From Lama guanicoe (Eukaryota): DNA of 64,000 nt. The notes under the pieces were generated by a model. That model had not been told where the DNA came from, did not search any database, and saw only the letters and a program-made list of their open reading frames with translations. This document shows, piece by piece, positions 36,516 to 49,800 of this stretch; the first letter of the stretch is position 1; each line of letters opens with the position of its first letter. The stretch lies in assembly GCA_013239625.1 (NCBI GenBank), contig MU053493.1, positions 1,559,793 to 1,623,792 of the forward strand, written 5' to 3'. The position numbers and the translations under genes are program-made.

Positions 36516-39500
36516 TGCTTTTAAAGAGAGGAAAAAACATGACCCACATATGGAAAGTCCTAACATCTGCCGCAGCAGGACTGGGGGTCTTCACTTATCC
36601 ATTGTGTTAATCTTGTCTCTGATTTTGAAATCAAAGGGTTGTTTTCATGATTTTTAAAAAATGTTTCAATACTTTTAAAGGAGGCCATGGGGAGAGCGAG
36701 GGTTAACCCAGGTGTCCTGACCTGGGCCCGCCCCAGCCACCCTCGGGAGGAGGAATCCTGAGTAAGGACAGAGCACACGATAAAGTCAGGCTGAGAAGGA
36801 ACCCCCTTAACCTCGCCCCTGATTGTCCGAGCTTCCTTCTCCCGCTCAATGTGCTCTCTTTGTCTCTGAGCTGAAGGCAGCAGACACGTCCATCAGATTC
36901 ACTTTCTGCAGCCCCGCTGCCCCTCCCCTCAGAGCAGTTGCGGCGTCAGGCGTGCACCCATCTCAGGGACCAGGCTCTCCTCCCAATAACCTTTGGCACT
37001 AGGACCCGACCCAGTGCTCCACGAGGTCGGAACACCCCTACGTCTCAGAGGGCGTTGCTGGAAAGTAGGGTGTCCATGTGCACCCACACAGCCTGCATCT
37101 GGAATCCACTTGAGTGCAGAATATTCCACATGTGATTCCAAAACAATCCCCATCCTGAAGCAGGAGGCGCCCCAGGCTGCCTCCTGGGCTCCCTGCTCTT
37201 TGGTAAAGACCTTGAACATGACCGACCCCATCCCACCCTCCCCTGTCTTTCCATGGCTTCACCGTCACATGTGGAATAAAATCTGAAACCCACGGTGGTG
37301 AATGGCTGGTTACTGTCTCGGTAAATTTTCAATCCCTTGTCGATCAGTAGGTTCATAGACTGCAATAAAAATGAATTACTAAAAAAAATGAAAATTTAAA
37401 AAGATCCAAAATTCAAGCCTTAAGGTTTTTGTTTAATTATTAAATTTAACCGACATCCACTGATTCCTTCAAATTACTGTCTTCACTTTCTGCACTAGCA
37501 ATCTGCTGCCCTGTGCTCACTGAACCTCTGAGTGCTGGGGTCCAGAAGACAGCACATCCCTGCCCCAACTCCGGGGAACAGGGACTGCGGTCCCCTTTTG
37601 GGCGGAGGAAGATTCTCAGAGTGGGGGCTTAGCCAGGGAGCCTCAGTCTGGGGCCCGTCATTCCCAAGGCGCTGCCGTGGGCTCTTCCAAAAGAGCACCT
37701 TCCAGGACGGTTGCAGCACCCTCCTGCCTGTGTCCCTGGAGTGCACCTGTGGCTGGCAGTGCCTGAGCCAGGAGCCTCTGAGCAGGGCAGGTAGGCTCCC
37801 ATCTGTGGGAACGCAGGGCTCCAGGGGCACCTGGACGCAGGAACGGGCCCCAGACCCCGTGCCCACACCTGAGCAGAGTCCCCTAGGCAGCCACCCACGG
37901 AAGAAGGGGCCCGGGGTCCAAGGGAAGTGGTCAAGAGCCCTTGAGCTGAAATAGGGATGAACCGCAGGGGGCCTCCGCCTGCCGGCCTTTACCCATGTGA
38001 CGACAGATATTTCAGGGGACAAGTGTCAGCCCTTCTCTGGGGCTTGTGGGATCAGCCTCCCTGCCAGCAGGTCCCAGCTTCTTGTGCTCTCAGATTCCTT
38101 GCTGTTCTGTATCCTCTACTTTTAGCCCCATGGCAGAAAGGTCAGAGAGGCCAGAGGCTGGGAGGGAGGGCAGAGAATGGGCTTGGGGTCACTCGCACAA
38201 AGGACACTGCCCGCTGCAGTACCAGAGAAGGGGGCATGAGGTCAGAGGTGGTGGGCTGGGCTGCAGGGTCTTGTGTGAGGAAGTTGGAGCTGGGCGCAGG
38301 GCGGGAAGGGTGATGAGCAAGTTTGAAGTTGCCCAATAGGACTCAGAGCTGCATGGCTGATGCTTCGTCCAGACTGGGCTGAGAGGCTCCACTGGGCTGG
38401 CCAGAGCCCCCTGTGACTACTGAACGGTCCGTCTAGCCCGCAGATCACCCTTAAGGCAAATGCTCAGAGGGGAGCTGCAAGACACCCCATCCCCCAGGAT
38501 TAGGGGGATGTCAGAGGGAGAGACCCTTGGAAGACGGCCCTGTGAATTCTGGGGAGGACTCTGGCCAGGAGGGTTGGGAGGCATTTGGTTGATTTGTTCA
38601 GCAGGCCTGAGACTGAGGGAGAGGGATCACGGGCTTGAGTAAAATTCTGTGATGTGTTGGGAGTGGCTGTAAGCAACTGAGATCTCTCTTGCTTTAGGAC
38701 CCCCAAGGGGACCCTCTAAAGCCTAACACTCAAGTACACCCTGGAAACACCAGCCCCAGGGCATGCTGAACCCCAAGCTAGAGGACCACAGGGTCCTCTG
38801 TTAGAGATCCACAGTGGACATCAGCATGTGAAAGGTTCTGATAAGTCCTGCAAGAAAGAAATTTCCTTTGAACTCAGAATGTCCTATAGGACCTCTTTTC
38901 ATGTAAAATGGGTCACCATTTCTGGAACCCAGGCCTGAAACACCACGCTAGGCTACCAGAAAGGCAGGAGTGAGCTCCTGAGAATAGAACAGAGAACCCC
39001 CCCTCACTCCTGACTTCCTGCATGAACTTCATCCACACCAGCCCTGAGGATGTGGCATCATGGAATGCTAAAATGCTTGGAAAAGAAAGAACGAAAAGAA
39101 AAAGATTTGATTGAAAGTCGTGATCAAGTTGTTGAAGTTCACCAATAGAGTATTTTCACGTTTTAGTTGACAAACTTGGTGTCAGAAGGGAGGAAGGATT
39201 CTAAAGTTGCGTTCCAAGGGCTCCAGACAGCTCCCAGTTCACTCTTGAAGTCTCCAAATACAGCATTTGTTTCTTCTGCAACACAGAACAAGTTACTGCT
39301 GAAATCCTTGCAAAAGCTTGGTCTCTAAAAAACAGCCAGAAGGCTATTTTCTTGGGGATTGATGTGATGGGACTTGGGGATGTAGCCAGATGTGGCCTCT
39401 CAGGGACCAGAGTAACTCTTATGGCTGCAGGGACTTCTGGAAGCCACCTGCTCTCACCCACCCCCACCCCAGAGCCAGCAGGGGCCTCTGAGCTCGCTCT

Positions 39501-40765
39501 GTCCTTTCTCGTGTTTCCCAGTGCCGCCCAGAGATCCTTGGTAACCACAGCTGCAGCCCAAGCAGCCAGCAACCTTGAACTTCTGTGTCCTCCGAGGTGG
39601 ACGAGAGCCTTGAGGGGAGAGTTTTTCCTCCAGTTCCTCTCTGGCTCCATGCTTCCCTCTCCTTCATTCCAGAAGGTGCTTTCTGCCTGGTCTCCCCAGC
39701 TCTCACCCAGGTCCTGGCCCCTGACCCCTACCCCATCCTGGGCAGAACCGTGATGACCACTGTCAGGCAAATCCAGTGTTTTCCCAGCAAACACTTTCCC
39801 GAAGTGTGCATTTCCCTGTAAAGGGTCCCCTCACATCTCAGCCCTCAGGGGTTGCCTTCCCTCTCAGGGTACGTGTGTGCGGGGTGTAGGGGCTTGTTCT
39901 ATTTCTAGGTGTGGTGGGCAGGGTATCTGCAGGCTGCCCAGGACCACAGGAGACCCCTGGGGCCTCATAGCACCCCCAACATTCCCACCCCAGGCTTATT
40001 AGCAGTTTCATCCTTTCATCTGCATTTCAAAGGGTCCAGAGGCCAGGGGCCCACTGTTCCTACAACTACTGTTCTGATCCAGTTCATAAAATGGGAAAGA
40101 TGTCTTGCGGCTTTGTCCCTTTGTTAGAGTGCTGGGCTTAGCCTGGCTTGCCCCGACCCTTCCCTCCAAAGACATGTTGTGCAGCTCACAGGGAAGGCTG
40201 AGGATGCAGCAGACAGCCCTCATGATCACCGACCCTCCTCTTGCTCCCTGGCCAGTGTTGCATGTCCTTCATTGGTCCCCATGCATCCGAAACCAAGCCA
40301 TCAACCAGGCCACTATCCCTAGAAGGCAGTTCAGCCACCACCCACCTCCCTGGGGCCTCAGCCCCTGTCCCCCAGCCCCTTTCAAGGCAGGTACCTCCCC
40401 AGGAGTTTTTCAGGTGCCAAGAAAAATCATAATTTTTTCCACATTAGTTCATCTGTGTCCTCAGAGACGTTTCTTCTCATGAATGCAGGTAAATGTCTGG
40501 AGAAGGCGCCAAGGGACCCTAAGGGTAACACACGGTCTAACAGTGAACCTCACTGGCATCCTTGATTCTCAGCACTGGGCCAGCACCAGCATCCAATCTG
40601 AGAGCAGCCCAGAGTGCTAGAAAAGAACTGGGATGGAGTTCATCCAAATCCCAGTTTCGCTGTGTGGCCTCAGGGAAACCATTCAACTGCTCTGGGCTTC
40701 AGTTTCCTCCTCAGTAAAATGAGTTGGCCTTTTCACTAGAAAATTCCTTACTTTCTACGTATTTT

Positions 40766-40831
40766 TTCTTTTAATATCTTTTTTTAATTCTTATTTTTTT
40801 ATTGAAGTGTAGTCAATTTACAGATGTACAG
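40766..40831 (-). mobile_element. Micro-insertion of an L1 3' terminus
   Basis: T-tract plus attgaagtgtagtcaatttaca; TSD actttctac(g/c)tatttt at 40750-40765 and 40832-40847. Confidence 0.7.
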
Positions 40832-41019
40832 ACTTTCTACCTATTTTATGCCATTAAAAAACCAACTTATAACAAGGTCACAGGTTTAATTTTCCAACAC
40901 CAGCTGAAGGGCAATCAAAAATCTCATTGTGATCCACTAGTAAGTTGTTGGGGGAAAGGTGACGTGGTTGTTTGTTATTTTTCTCTGCAAACCCACCGTG
41001 GTGTTTTAAGAAAGACAGG

Positions 41020-41490
41020 TGCACACCCTCGTTCACCCAGCCGGCACATCTCAGCCTGCTGCGTGCCACAGAGGGCTCTGGGAGCTGGGAAGCTAGTGAT
41101 GACAGATCAGAAAACAACACTGCCATCAGGGGAGACAGCCAGCACCTTCAACCAGAGGAGGCGCACTGTTAGGGAGAGTAACAGAGCAGCAGGAGAGGCG
41201 GAACATCAGGACAGGGGCTGCAATTCTATGTCAGTCCCAGGAAAGGAGGCATTGCACAAAGGCCCAAGGGAGGTAAGGGAGGGAACCACCCAGATGCCAG
41301 CAGGAAGAGCATTCAGCCAGAGGGAACAGCCAGTGCAAAGGCCCTGGGGCAGGAGGGTATCTGGTGAGTTGGAGGAGAGTGGAGATGGACGAAAGCTGAA
41401 TGTGGGGAGGGGAGGATAGAAATGGGTGAGGAGGAGCAGGGGACCCAGAGAAACCATTGCAGGCCCTCTGCTCTGTAGGCCACTGAGCGG
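41020..41490 (-). mobile_element. L2 3' region, antisense
   Basis: ggaagagcattcagccagagggaacagccagtgcaaaggccctggggcagga is a typical L2a antisense phrase. Confidence 0.75.
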
Positions 41491-42186
41491 AACTTGACTG
41501 CAGTTGGCTTTGACCTATCACGAATAAAAAAAAAAAAAAAAAAAACAAAGAGAGAGAGATTGTCTAGGAAGACTGAGATTTGGGATTCTGGGGGAAGGCT
41601 GAGGTAATTGTTGCTGGATTAGACTGAATTTAGCTTTCCACAGGCTAAGAAGAAATGCTTGTTTGAACAATACAGTGCTTCAAATGCCTTCTGATTTTAA
41701 ATGGTTCTGGACCTGTATTTCACAGTGGAAGATGATGTTCATATGTTAAGCATGACAGGGGCTGGTGAGGGAGGTAGGGACACACATGGAAACAGAGCCA
41801 GTGTTGCTGGGGCTCCCTGCTCCCCTGGGGACCCAGAGTCAGTGTCAGCACTCCCGCCCCCTGCCTATTCCCGCTCATCCCACCTCCAGGGGAAACAATG
41901 CAAACCCCCAGCCCCCTCCCGCCCTCCGAGACAACCAGGAGATGGCTGATGCCCCACCAGGCACACTCAGACCGCAAAGTATACTCTCGTGGAGGGGTTT
42001 GCAAGTGGACTTGTCTTTCCTCAAATAGAGTTCCATAATTCTCATCCCTCTTGCCTTTACTGCTCCGTTTATTTACTCTTTCAGGGAGCGTCTCTACAAA
42101 CCAGCAGATTTCGAGCTAACTCTATCTTGCATTTCTGGGTGTTTCATCCATATGTGTGTACATATAATGGGGTCTTTCTTTTTCCA

Positions 42187-42206
42187 CCCCCCCCCCCCCC
42201 CCCCCC
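42187..42206. repeat. Poly-C run (C20)
   Basis: Directly visible. Confidence 0.95.
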
Positions 42207-43239
42207 GGGGTACACTAACATTGTATCCAGGTGAACAGGCACTAAGTCTGTACAGAGAATGTACATATATCTCGAGTTTGGGGCAGTGTTTGAACATGCA
42301 TCTTTTGTTTGGAGACATAGATGATTTAAGATTCGTGAAACCAGCCCAACTGAGGAAAGTGAGGTCCAGAAAGGGGCTTGGCTGGCTTTACCCCTGCCCA
42401 CCCCAACTCCCTCAGCACTCTGGCCACACAGCCCCTGCTGCTCCCGTCCACTGGTCCTGCCAACAGAGAGCTTTGCACCAGCTGCTCCCTCTCCAGGGCT
42501 GCCCTTCCCAGATGTCACTTGGCTCACTCATCCACTTCCTCCAGCCACCCCTTCTGAAACATTCTTCCACTTTATGAATCTGCTTTTTTTTTCCTAAATT
42601 GAAGTAGAGTTGATTTACAATGCTGTGTAAGTTTCTGGTGTGTTTATTCATTCTCAGTCCGACTAGAGTAACAGCTCCAGAAAGCAGGGTTCTGCCCACC
42701 TCGGTGTCCCAGCTCCACAGAACTGCAGCCCCAGTGCATGAGTTTCTGCGGTCCTGGAGGGCCCTGTGGCGGGAGGCGAAGCCCCCCCGTGGGGTGGGGT
42801 CAGCCTTTGCATTGCCCTCCTGGTTGTTTGTTTCCTTCATTTCCTTTCTGCAGCCAGATTCCCACCATCTGCCTCTCCAGTCCCTCTGCGGTTAGAGAGA
42901 CTACCTGGTAACAAACATGAGCGAAATGCTTCTTCACTTGAATCTCCTGGCCGGCTGTGACAAACCGCAGGTGTTTGAAGTAAAGATGCCCAAGGGCTCC
43001 CTGGGAAGGGGATTCTGCACCAGCCACGCCTCCTTCCCTAGGGTCTCCGATTCCCCTTGGGCCCGTGAAGAACATATGCTTTTTGCTATTGATAGTCGTG
43101 ATTAAGAGGTGGGAGGGGGCTCATTTTGCTGGGTGGCAGGTGGTCATTCTAATACAGTGTTAGGGCTGGTTGGGTAGTAACTTAAAGAGATTGGCTGTGC
43201 CTGGCCATTCACCAGCTGGGATCTGGGCAGGTCCAGGAG

Positions 43240-43990
43240 GCACGGAAGCGCTGGGTCAGGGAGCTGAGCAGGCCGTATCGTGGGGGGTCGCCTTAGGCTG
43301 GGGCCGGGGAGCCCCCTGCAGAGGCTGCTCTGAGCCACGGGCCCCCTGCACCCTCTGCCCAGCCCGGCTCGCGCTCCTTCTGTGGGTGTGCTGAGCACAC
43401 CTCTGCGCCCCTGGACCCCGCGGGTACAGCTGTTGGCCTCTGCAGAGCCCGGCGCACTTTCCCTGGGCCCCTGGAATTATTGCACGCAGGGCTGTGGGAA
43501 GGGGCGCGGGACCTCCTGGGGAGATAGAGGCCCCTCTGCTGGGAGGTCAGAGGGGCAGGAGCCGCTTCTGGGGCCACTGAGACCGGAGGAGGCCCGGCGC
43601 CTGCGCAGGAGGCCCGGCAGCCGTGGGGGTCGCGGAGACGCCTGCAGCCCCCAGGGGCTGCCTGATCCTCAGCAATCTCGGGACCAGGGGCGAGAGCACA
43701 GTTCAAGGGTAATCCGCGTAATGGCCCAGGGAGTGGCGCAGCAGCTGGCAGAGCTAATGCTCTGTAATATCTGCTTTCATGTGATTAACGGCTGTGGATA
43801 AATCCTTGAACCCGGGAAAGCGGGCCCGACTGCTAAGCCCGGCCAAGAGCATCACTCTGGGTAATGTTGGGAGCGGGGAGTATTTCAGCGATTTACAACT
43901 TAACACGGCTGTTTGAGGACAGCCGCCAAGCCATCGTTTGAGAAATATCAAAAGCAAAATAATAAAGGAGGTCGACACTAAACTCCCGGA
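43240..43990. promoter_or_regulatory. Intronic CpG-rich segment plus candidate enhancer
   Basis: CpG-rich 43240-43700, then TAATCC 43710, CAGCTG 43742, TCATGTGA 43777-43784 overlapping TGATTA, TAAGCC 43834. Confidence 0.55.
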
Positions 43991-45093
43991 GAGGGCAGAA
44001 AGGACAGGAGGGAGAGAGACTGAGCCTGCTGCTGGGCGGGGAAAACAGCTGGGGGCCCGCGTGTCCTCTTACTCCTCCTTCCTCATACGCATTCTCACCT
44101 CCCCCAGACTCATGTCTCCTGACCCTTGACCTTGACCTCTCCAGGCTGCATCAGTGGTAACAGAATGAGTATTCTGCCACAACATGCTCTGCGTATCTTT
44201 CTCTGCATATGGTCCCGTTTGCTTCTTACCAGGACCCTGTAAACAGCAGGATCAGTACAGACAGGTCAGATGCCAGGCAGGGCATTAACCCCAGATGTGC
44301 CCGCCTTTAACCCTTCAGTTGCTGGGTCTTAGAGAGGGACCCAGGTTCCCAGGGGAGGCACTGGGGCACCTGGGTGGCTCTGGGCAGTGGCTATTTCTTG
44401 ACCTATATGGAGGCATCCTTATATTTTCCACCTGGAAGTGACTTCCTGCTGAAGACCAGCCCTGCCTGTGACATGGAGGAGGCAGTTGCTTGGTTCCCAA
44501 ATCCCAGGTGAGAAAACGAAGGTTCATAGAACCCAAAAACGTCCCCACCAGAGCCAGGCACTGGCTGAATTTGGCAGGTTCTCTCCCCTCCTCCAAGCTG
44601 GCATGCTGGAACCTAGTCATTGTCCCAAGGTGGCTCTCACTGGTTCTCCAGTGTTCTGTAACCTCTGGGCCAGGAAAGCCGCCATGCGCAGGTGTCAGGT
44701 GCCCCTGCCCACCCATCCTCAGGGGAGGAGCCAGCTGTCTCTCTCCCAAGAACAGTGGGCTGCATGGAGACACCTGTCTCTGCCCAGGGCCACCCTCCCT
44801 CCCTCCTCATCCTTCCTAGCCCTCGGCCGGGGGAGGGGGGCACGCACAGAGGTATTCCTACTGCACCTGTTCACTCCCCACAGGCAGCCGATTTCTGTGC
44901 CAACATCTCAGCTGTTCCCAAAGCAACCACAGTCAGCTGACACAAACATCTGGGCTCTCCTCAGCATGTGCTGAAGTGGTACGTCTGGGTTGTCCTTTAC
45001 ACACCTGTCTTACCCGATATATCCCTCCATTCCTATTTATAAGACCCTGCTAATCAGTGGTATCAGGCTGAGCCACTTAAACCTGCCATTTCA

Positions 45094-45280
45094 AGGGGTG
45101 GTACAGCTCAGTGGTAGAGTGCCTGCTTAGCATGCAGGAGGTCCTGGGTTCAATGCCCAGTACCACCATTTAAAAAATTTAGAAATACATACATACATAC
45201 ATACATACATACATACATACTATACATACACACACATACGTACATACATACACATACACACACACACACACATACATAAT
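45094..45280 (+). mobile_element. Vic-1-type SINE with (TACA)n/(CA)n microsatellite tail
   Basis: ggtacagctcagtggtagagtgcctgcttagcatgcaggaggtcctgggttcaat, then (ATAC)n. Confidence 0.9.
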
Positions 45281-45853
45281 ATTTGTATAGGTCAAAAGCT
45301 GTCAACTCGCAGTAATTTCATGTTGTTTCAGGAAGCTGGCCGACTAGAGCCTGCTAGAGCTTACAGCTCTAACTCTAGAGATCGGGCTAGATCTGGAGGC
45401 AGCCAGGTGGGGGCAGCAGAGAGCCAAGCTGGCAGAACCCAGGTTTCCAGTCAGGGCTGTGGCCAGAGCCAGGTCCAGGGACCTGCCCAATGACTCGCAG
45501 TGGAGAGGGCCACACTGCCCAGGACCCCTTGGCTGGATGGAGTGGAAGGGTATGCACAAGGTGGCAGGGCTTCTGTGGCATTGCACCAACAGCTTTTGGG
45601 ATAGAATCTCCTGCCCAGTCCAGGCTGGCTCACCTACAAGTCTCCCCAAGCCACAGTCCACAGTGGAGAGACGCCGCGGTCAAGGGCAGTGCCACATGGG
45701 GTGGGGGAGACTGACCCACACACAGTTCTCGATGACTGAGACCCTGAGCCTAGTGTGGGCTTGTGTGACTCGGGCAGGATTGCTGCTGGCACCCGAGAAG
45801 GCCCCATACAAGCAACACAAGCTCCTTTGGTTTGAAGCCAGAGGAGCTGTCGT

Positions 45854-46027
45854 CAGGACCAGCTACAAGATTTGCTGGGTCCAGTGCAAAAACAAAATGC
45901 TGGCTCTTTGTTCAAAAATTATTAGAATTTCACACCAGCAACAGCAGCAAGTAAGACCAAGTGTGGAGCCCTTCTGAAGGCAGGGCCGCATGTGAATAAT
46001 GAGTTGGGGTCCATGAAGCCGGCTCTA
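45854..46027. mobile_element. MER45A-like (hAT-Tip100) element
   Basis: caggaccagctac...ccagtgcaaaaacaaaatg...ttgttcaaaaattatt...ccatgaagccggctct. Confidence 0.7.
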
Positions 46028-46814
46028 GCTTTGTCTTGAGCCCGGATCCTGTCCCGAGTGGAGTTTGGGGAGGGGATACTGCTTTCTGCACATTCATCTG
46101 TGCCCGTCAAAGATGCCCCTGGCTCCAAGGCTCTGGAAGCAGGGAAGCCCTGGCCTGGGTGAGCCATCATTGTCCACACAGCCCTCCCCCACCCCCAATT
46201 CCCCAGTTGTGAGCAGGTAGGGAACCACGGCACCTGAAATAAGAACAGGACCAAACTCCCGAGGCTCAGAGGTGGTGTGGTGTACTGGTGCACAGGCACC
46301 TGAATGATCCAGCCTGGTGACGGTAGCTAGCATCCTTTCTGGAGTAGGGATCAGAAAAGAGAATTGGGAACAAAGACAAAACAGTGCAGTTCCACAAGAG
46401 AGAGAGGAGAAGGGTGGAGGAGGGGAGGACCAGACTTGTGGCATCCAGCTGGGATTAACCCAAGCCAGGGAGTCAGGGATTCTGGTAGCTGTTTCCGGCC
46501 CATGGTTGAACATTGCTTCATGTTGCTGTGCATTGTTAAGTACTGTAAATATCACTCCTGGGTGGCAGCAGGCTTGGTCCTGCCAATGGGAGATGGTCGC
46601 CATTCCTTATGGACCTCGTGAGGAAGAGCAAAGCCCTCCATCCTGTCTGCCCTGGTTGACAGAGTCGGGAGTGGGGGCACAGGTCGGGGTCCACAGTCCA
46701 AGGCCTGGCTGCTAAGATCCTATTTCAGTCTTGGCTCTGCCCTGGACCAACTTCTGTGATTGCCATAAGGATCATACGACTAATGCATTTGTAAAGTGCT
46801 TTGAAAATCAAGTC

Positions 46815-49800
46815 GTTTCTCCTCTGCTTAATGCCTGTCATGTTCTATGTATATTTGGGTTATAAGTCCTTTTCAGATACGTCTTTTGCAAATATTTTCT
46901 CCCTGTCTCTGATTTATTTTTTTCATTTTCTTAGTAGTGTCCTTCACAGAGTAGAAATTTTCATTTTAATAAAGTCTAACTTATCCATTGTTTCTTTCAT
47001 AGATCATTCTTTGGTCATCACCAAAACCAAGGTAACCTGGATTTTCTTCTATGTTATCTTCTACAAGTTTTATAATTTTGTGTTTTACATTTAGGTATTT
47101 AACCTACTTTGAGTTAATTTTAGTGACAGGTGTAAGGTCAGTGTCTAGATATTTATTTGGAATTCAGAGCTCTATTTGTTCCAGCACTGTTAGTTAAAAA
47201 GACTGTCTTATCTCAGTTGGATTGACTTTGCTCCTTTGTCAAAGATCGGCAGACTGTATTTGTATGGATCCATCTGGGGGCACTCTATTCCATTCCATTG
47301 ATCTATTTGTCTATTTTTTTCCCACAAATATCACACTATCTTAATGATTGGAGCTTTATAGTAAGTCTTGAAGTCAGTCCTCTGACTTTTTCTTCTACAG
47401 TTTTGGGTTGGCTATTTTGATCTCTTGCCTTTCCATATAAACTTTAGAATCAATTTGTCAACATTCCAAAAACTCTCTTACTTTGGGGAATTGTAATTGG
47501 GATTGTACTAAATCTATTTGGATCATGTTGAGATGAACTGGCATCTTAACAAGATTGAGTTTTCCTATCCATGAACATTGACTATCTCTCCATTTACTTA
47601 GATTTTTGATTTCTTTCATTGGAATTTTGTAGTTTTCCTGAAATCAATCAGTCTTGTACATATTTTGTTAGATTTACTACTAAGTACTTCATTTTTGGTT
47701 GCTATCATAAATGGTATTGTGTTTTTAATTTCAAATTCCAACTGTTCATTGCTGAATTTAGGAAAGCAATGGACTGTTACCTGTTAACTTTGTATTCTTC
47801 ATCCTTACTGTTATTGCTTATTAATTTCAGGGGTTTTTGTGTGTGTGTGTCAATTTCTTGAGATTTTCTACATAGACCATCATGTTGTATGTGAACAAAG
47901 ACAGTTTTGTTTCTTCCCTTCCAATCTGTACACCTTTTATTTCCTTTTATTATCTATTACAATAACTATAAGTTCCAGTATGATGTTGAGAAGGAATTGT
48001 TATGAGAGGGGGCCTCCTGGTCTTGTTCCTGATTTTTGCAGGAAAGCTTCTCATTTCTCACTATTAGGTATGATGCTAGCTGTAAAGTTTCTTTAAGTTA
48101 TCTTTATCAAGTTGAGAAAGCTTTCCTCTATTTCTAGTTTGTTAAGAGTTTTTATGATTTATAGATGCTGGATTTTGTCAGATGTATTTTCTGCATCTAT
48201 TGATACAATCATGTGGTTTTTCCTCTTTAACTTGTTGATGTGGTAGATTACATTAATTAATTTTTGCATGTTGAACATGAATGAAGATATCCTTGAACAC
48301 CTGGAATAAATCCCACTTAGTCATGATATATAACTTTTTTATTTACATTTTTGGATTCGATTTGCTGGTATTTTGTTGAGGGATTTTTGCATCTGTTTTC
48401 ATGAGAGAAATATCTCTTATTTTCTTGGAGTGTCTTTGTCTAATTTAGGGACTAGGGTAATTTTGGAGCATAAGTTAGAAAGTGTTCCTTTGCTTCTATT
48501 TTCTGGAAGAGACTGTAGAGAATGGATATAGTTTCTTCCTTAAATGCAGCATATAATTCACCAGTGATTCATCTAGTTTCCCTTTTTGTATTGGTAGTTT
48601 ATTAACTATTCACTCAGTTTTTTAAATTAGATGTGAACCTATTCAGATGATCTGTTTCTCCTATGTGAATTTTGGTAGATTGCATCGTTCAAGGAATTGG
48701 TTCATTTCATCTAAGTTACCAAATTTGTGTACATAAAGTTGTTCACAGTATTCCTTTATTATCCTTTAAATGTCCATGAGGTCACTAGTGATGGCTTCTG
48801 TTTGATAACTCATGTTAATAGCCATGTCTTCTCTCTTTTTTTCTTGGTTAGCTTGGCTAGAGGTTTATCAATTTTTTTAATCTTTTCAAAAAACCAGCTT
48901 TTGGTTTCATTTATTGTCTCTATTGGTTTTCTGTTTTTCACTTCATTGATTTATGCTCAAATTTTTATTATTTCTTTTCTTGGGCTTATATTCTATTTAA
49001 TTTGTTTTTCTTTCTCTAGGTTCCTAAAGTAGAAGCCTAGAATATTAACTTTAGATAATCCTTCTTTTTAATAAATGCATCAAAGGTATAAATTTCCACA
49101 TAAGGACTGCTTTTGCTGCATCCCACAAATTTTGATTAAATGTGTAACATTTTTGTTTAGCTCAGAATATTTTTCAAATTTCTTTCCAGATTTCTTCTTT
49201 GACCTATATGTTATTTAGAAGTATGTTTTTTAATCTCCAAGATTTGGGGACTTTCAGCTGTGTTTCTATTATTGGTTTCTAGTTTAATTCCACTGTGGTC
49301 TGAGAACATATTTTGTCTGATTTCTATTCCTTTAAATTTGTTGAAGTGTGTTTTATGCCCCCAAATGTGGTCCATCTTGGTGAGTGTTGTATATAATTTT
49401 GAGAAGAATCTATAATCTGTTGTTGTTGGATGAAGTATTCTATAAGTGATAATTAGGTCCAGTTCACTGTTGGTGAATACAGCTCAACTATACCCTTACT
49501 GATCTTCTGCCTGCTGGATCTGTGAATTATTTATAGAGGTCTTTTGAAGTGGACTAGGCTATTTCTCCTTGCAGCTGTATCCATTTTGCCTCACGTATTT
49601 GGACTCGCTGTGCGTAAGTGAATACACATTAAGAATTGTTATGTCTTCCTGGGGAATGTCATGCCCTTTTTATCCCTGATAAGTTGCTTTTCCTGAAGTC
49701 TGCTTTGTCTGGAATTGGTATCACCATTCCAACTTTCTTTTCATTAGTGTTAGTTAGCGTGGTAAAGTCTTTCCTCATAGTTTCGCTTTTTTAATTTTTA

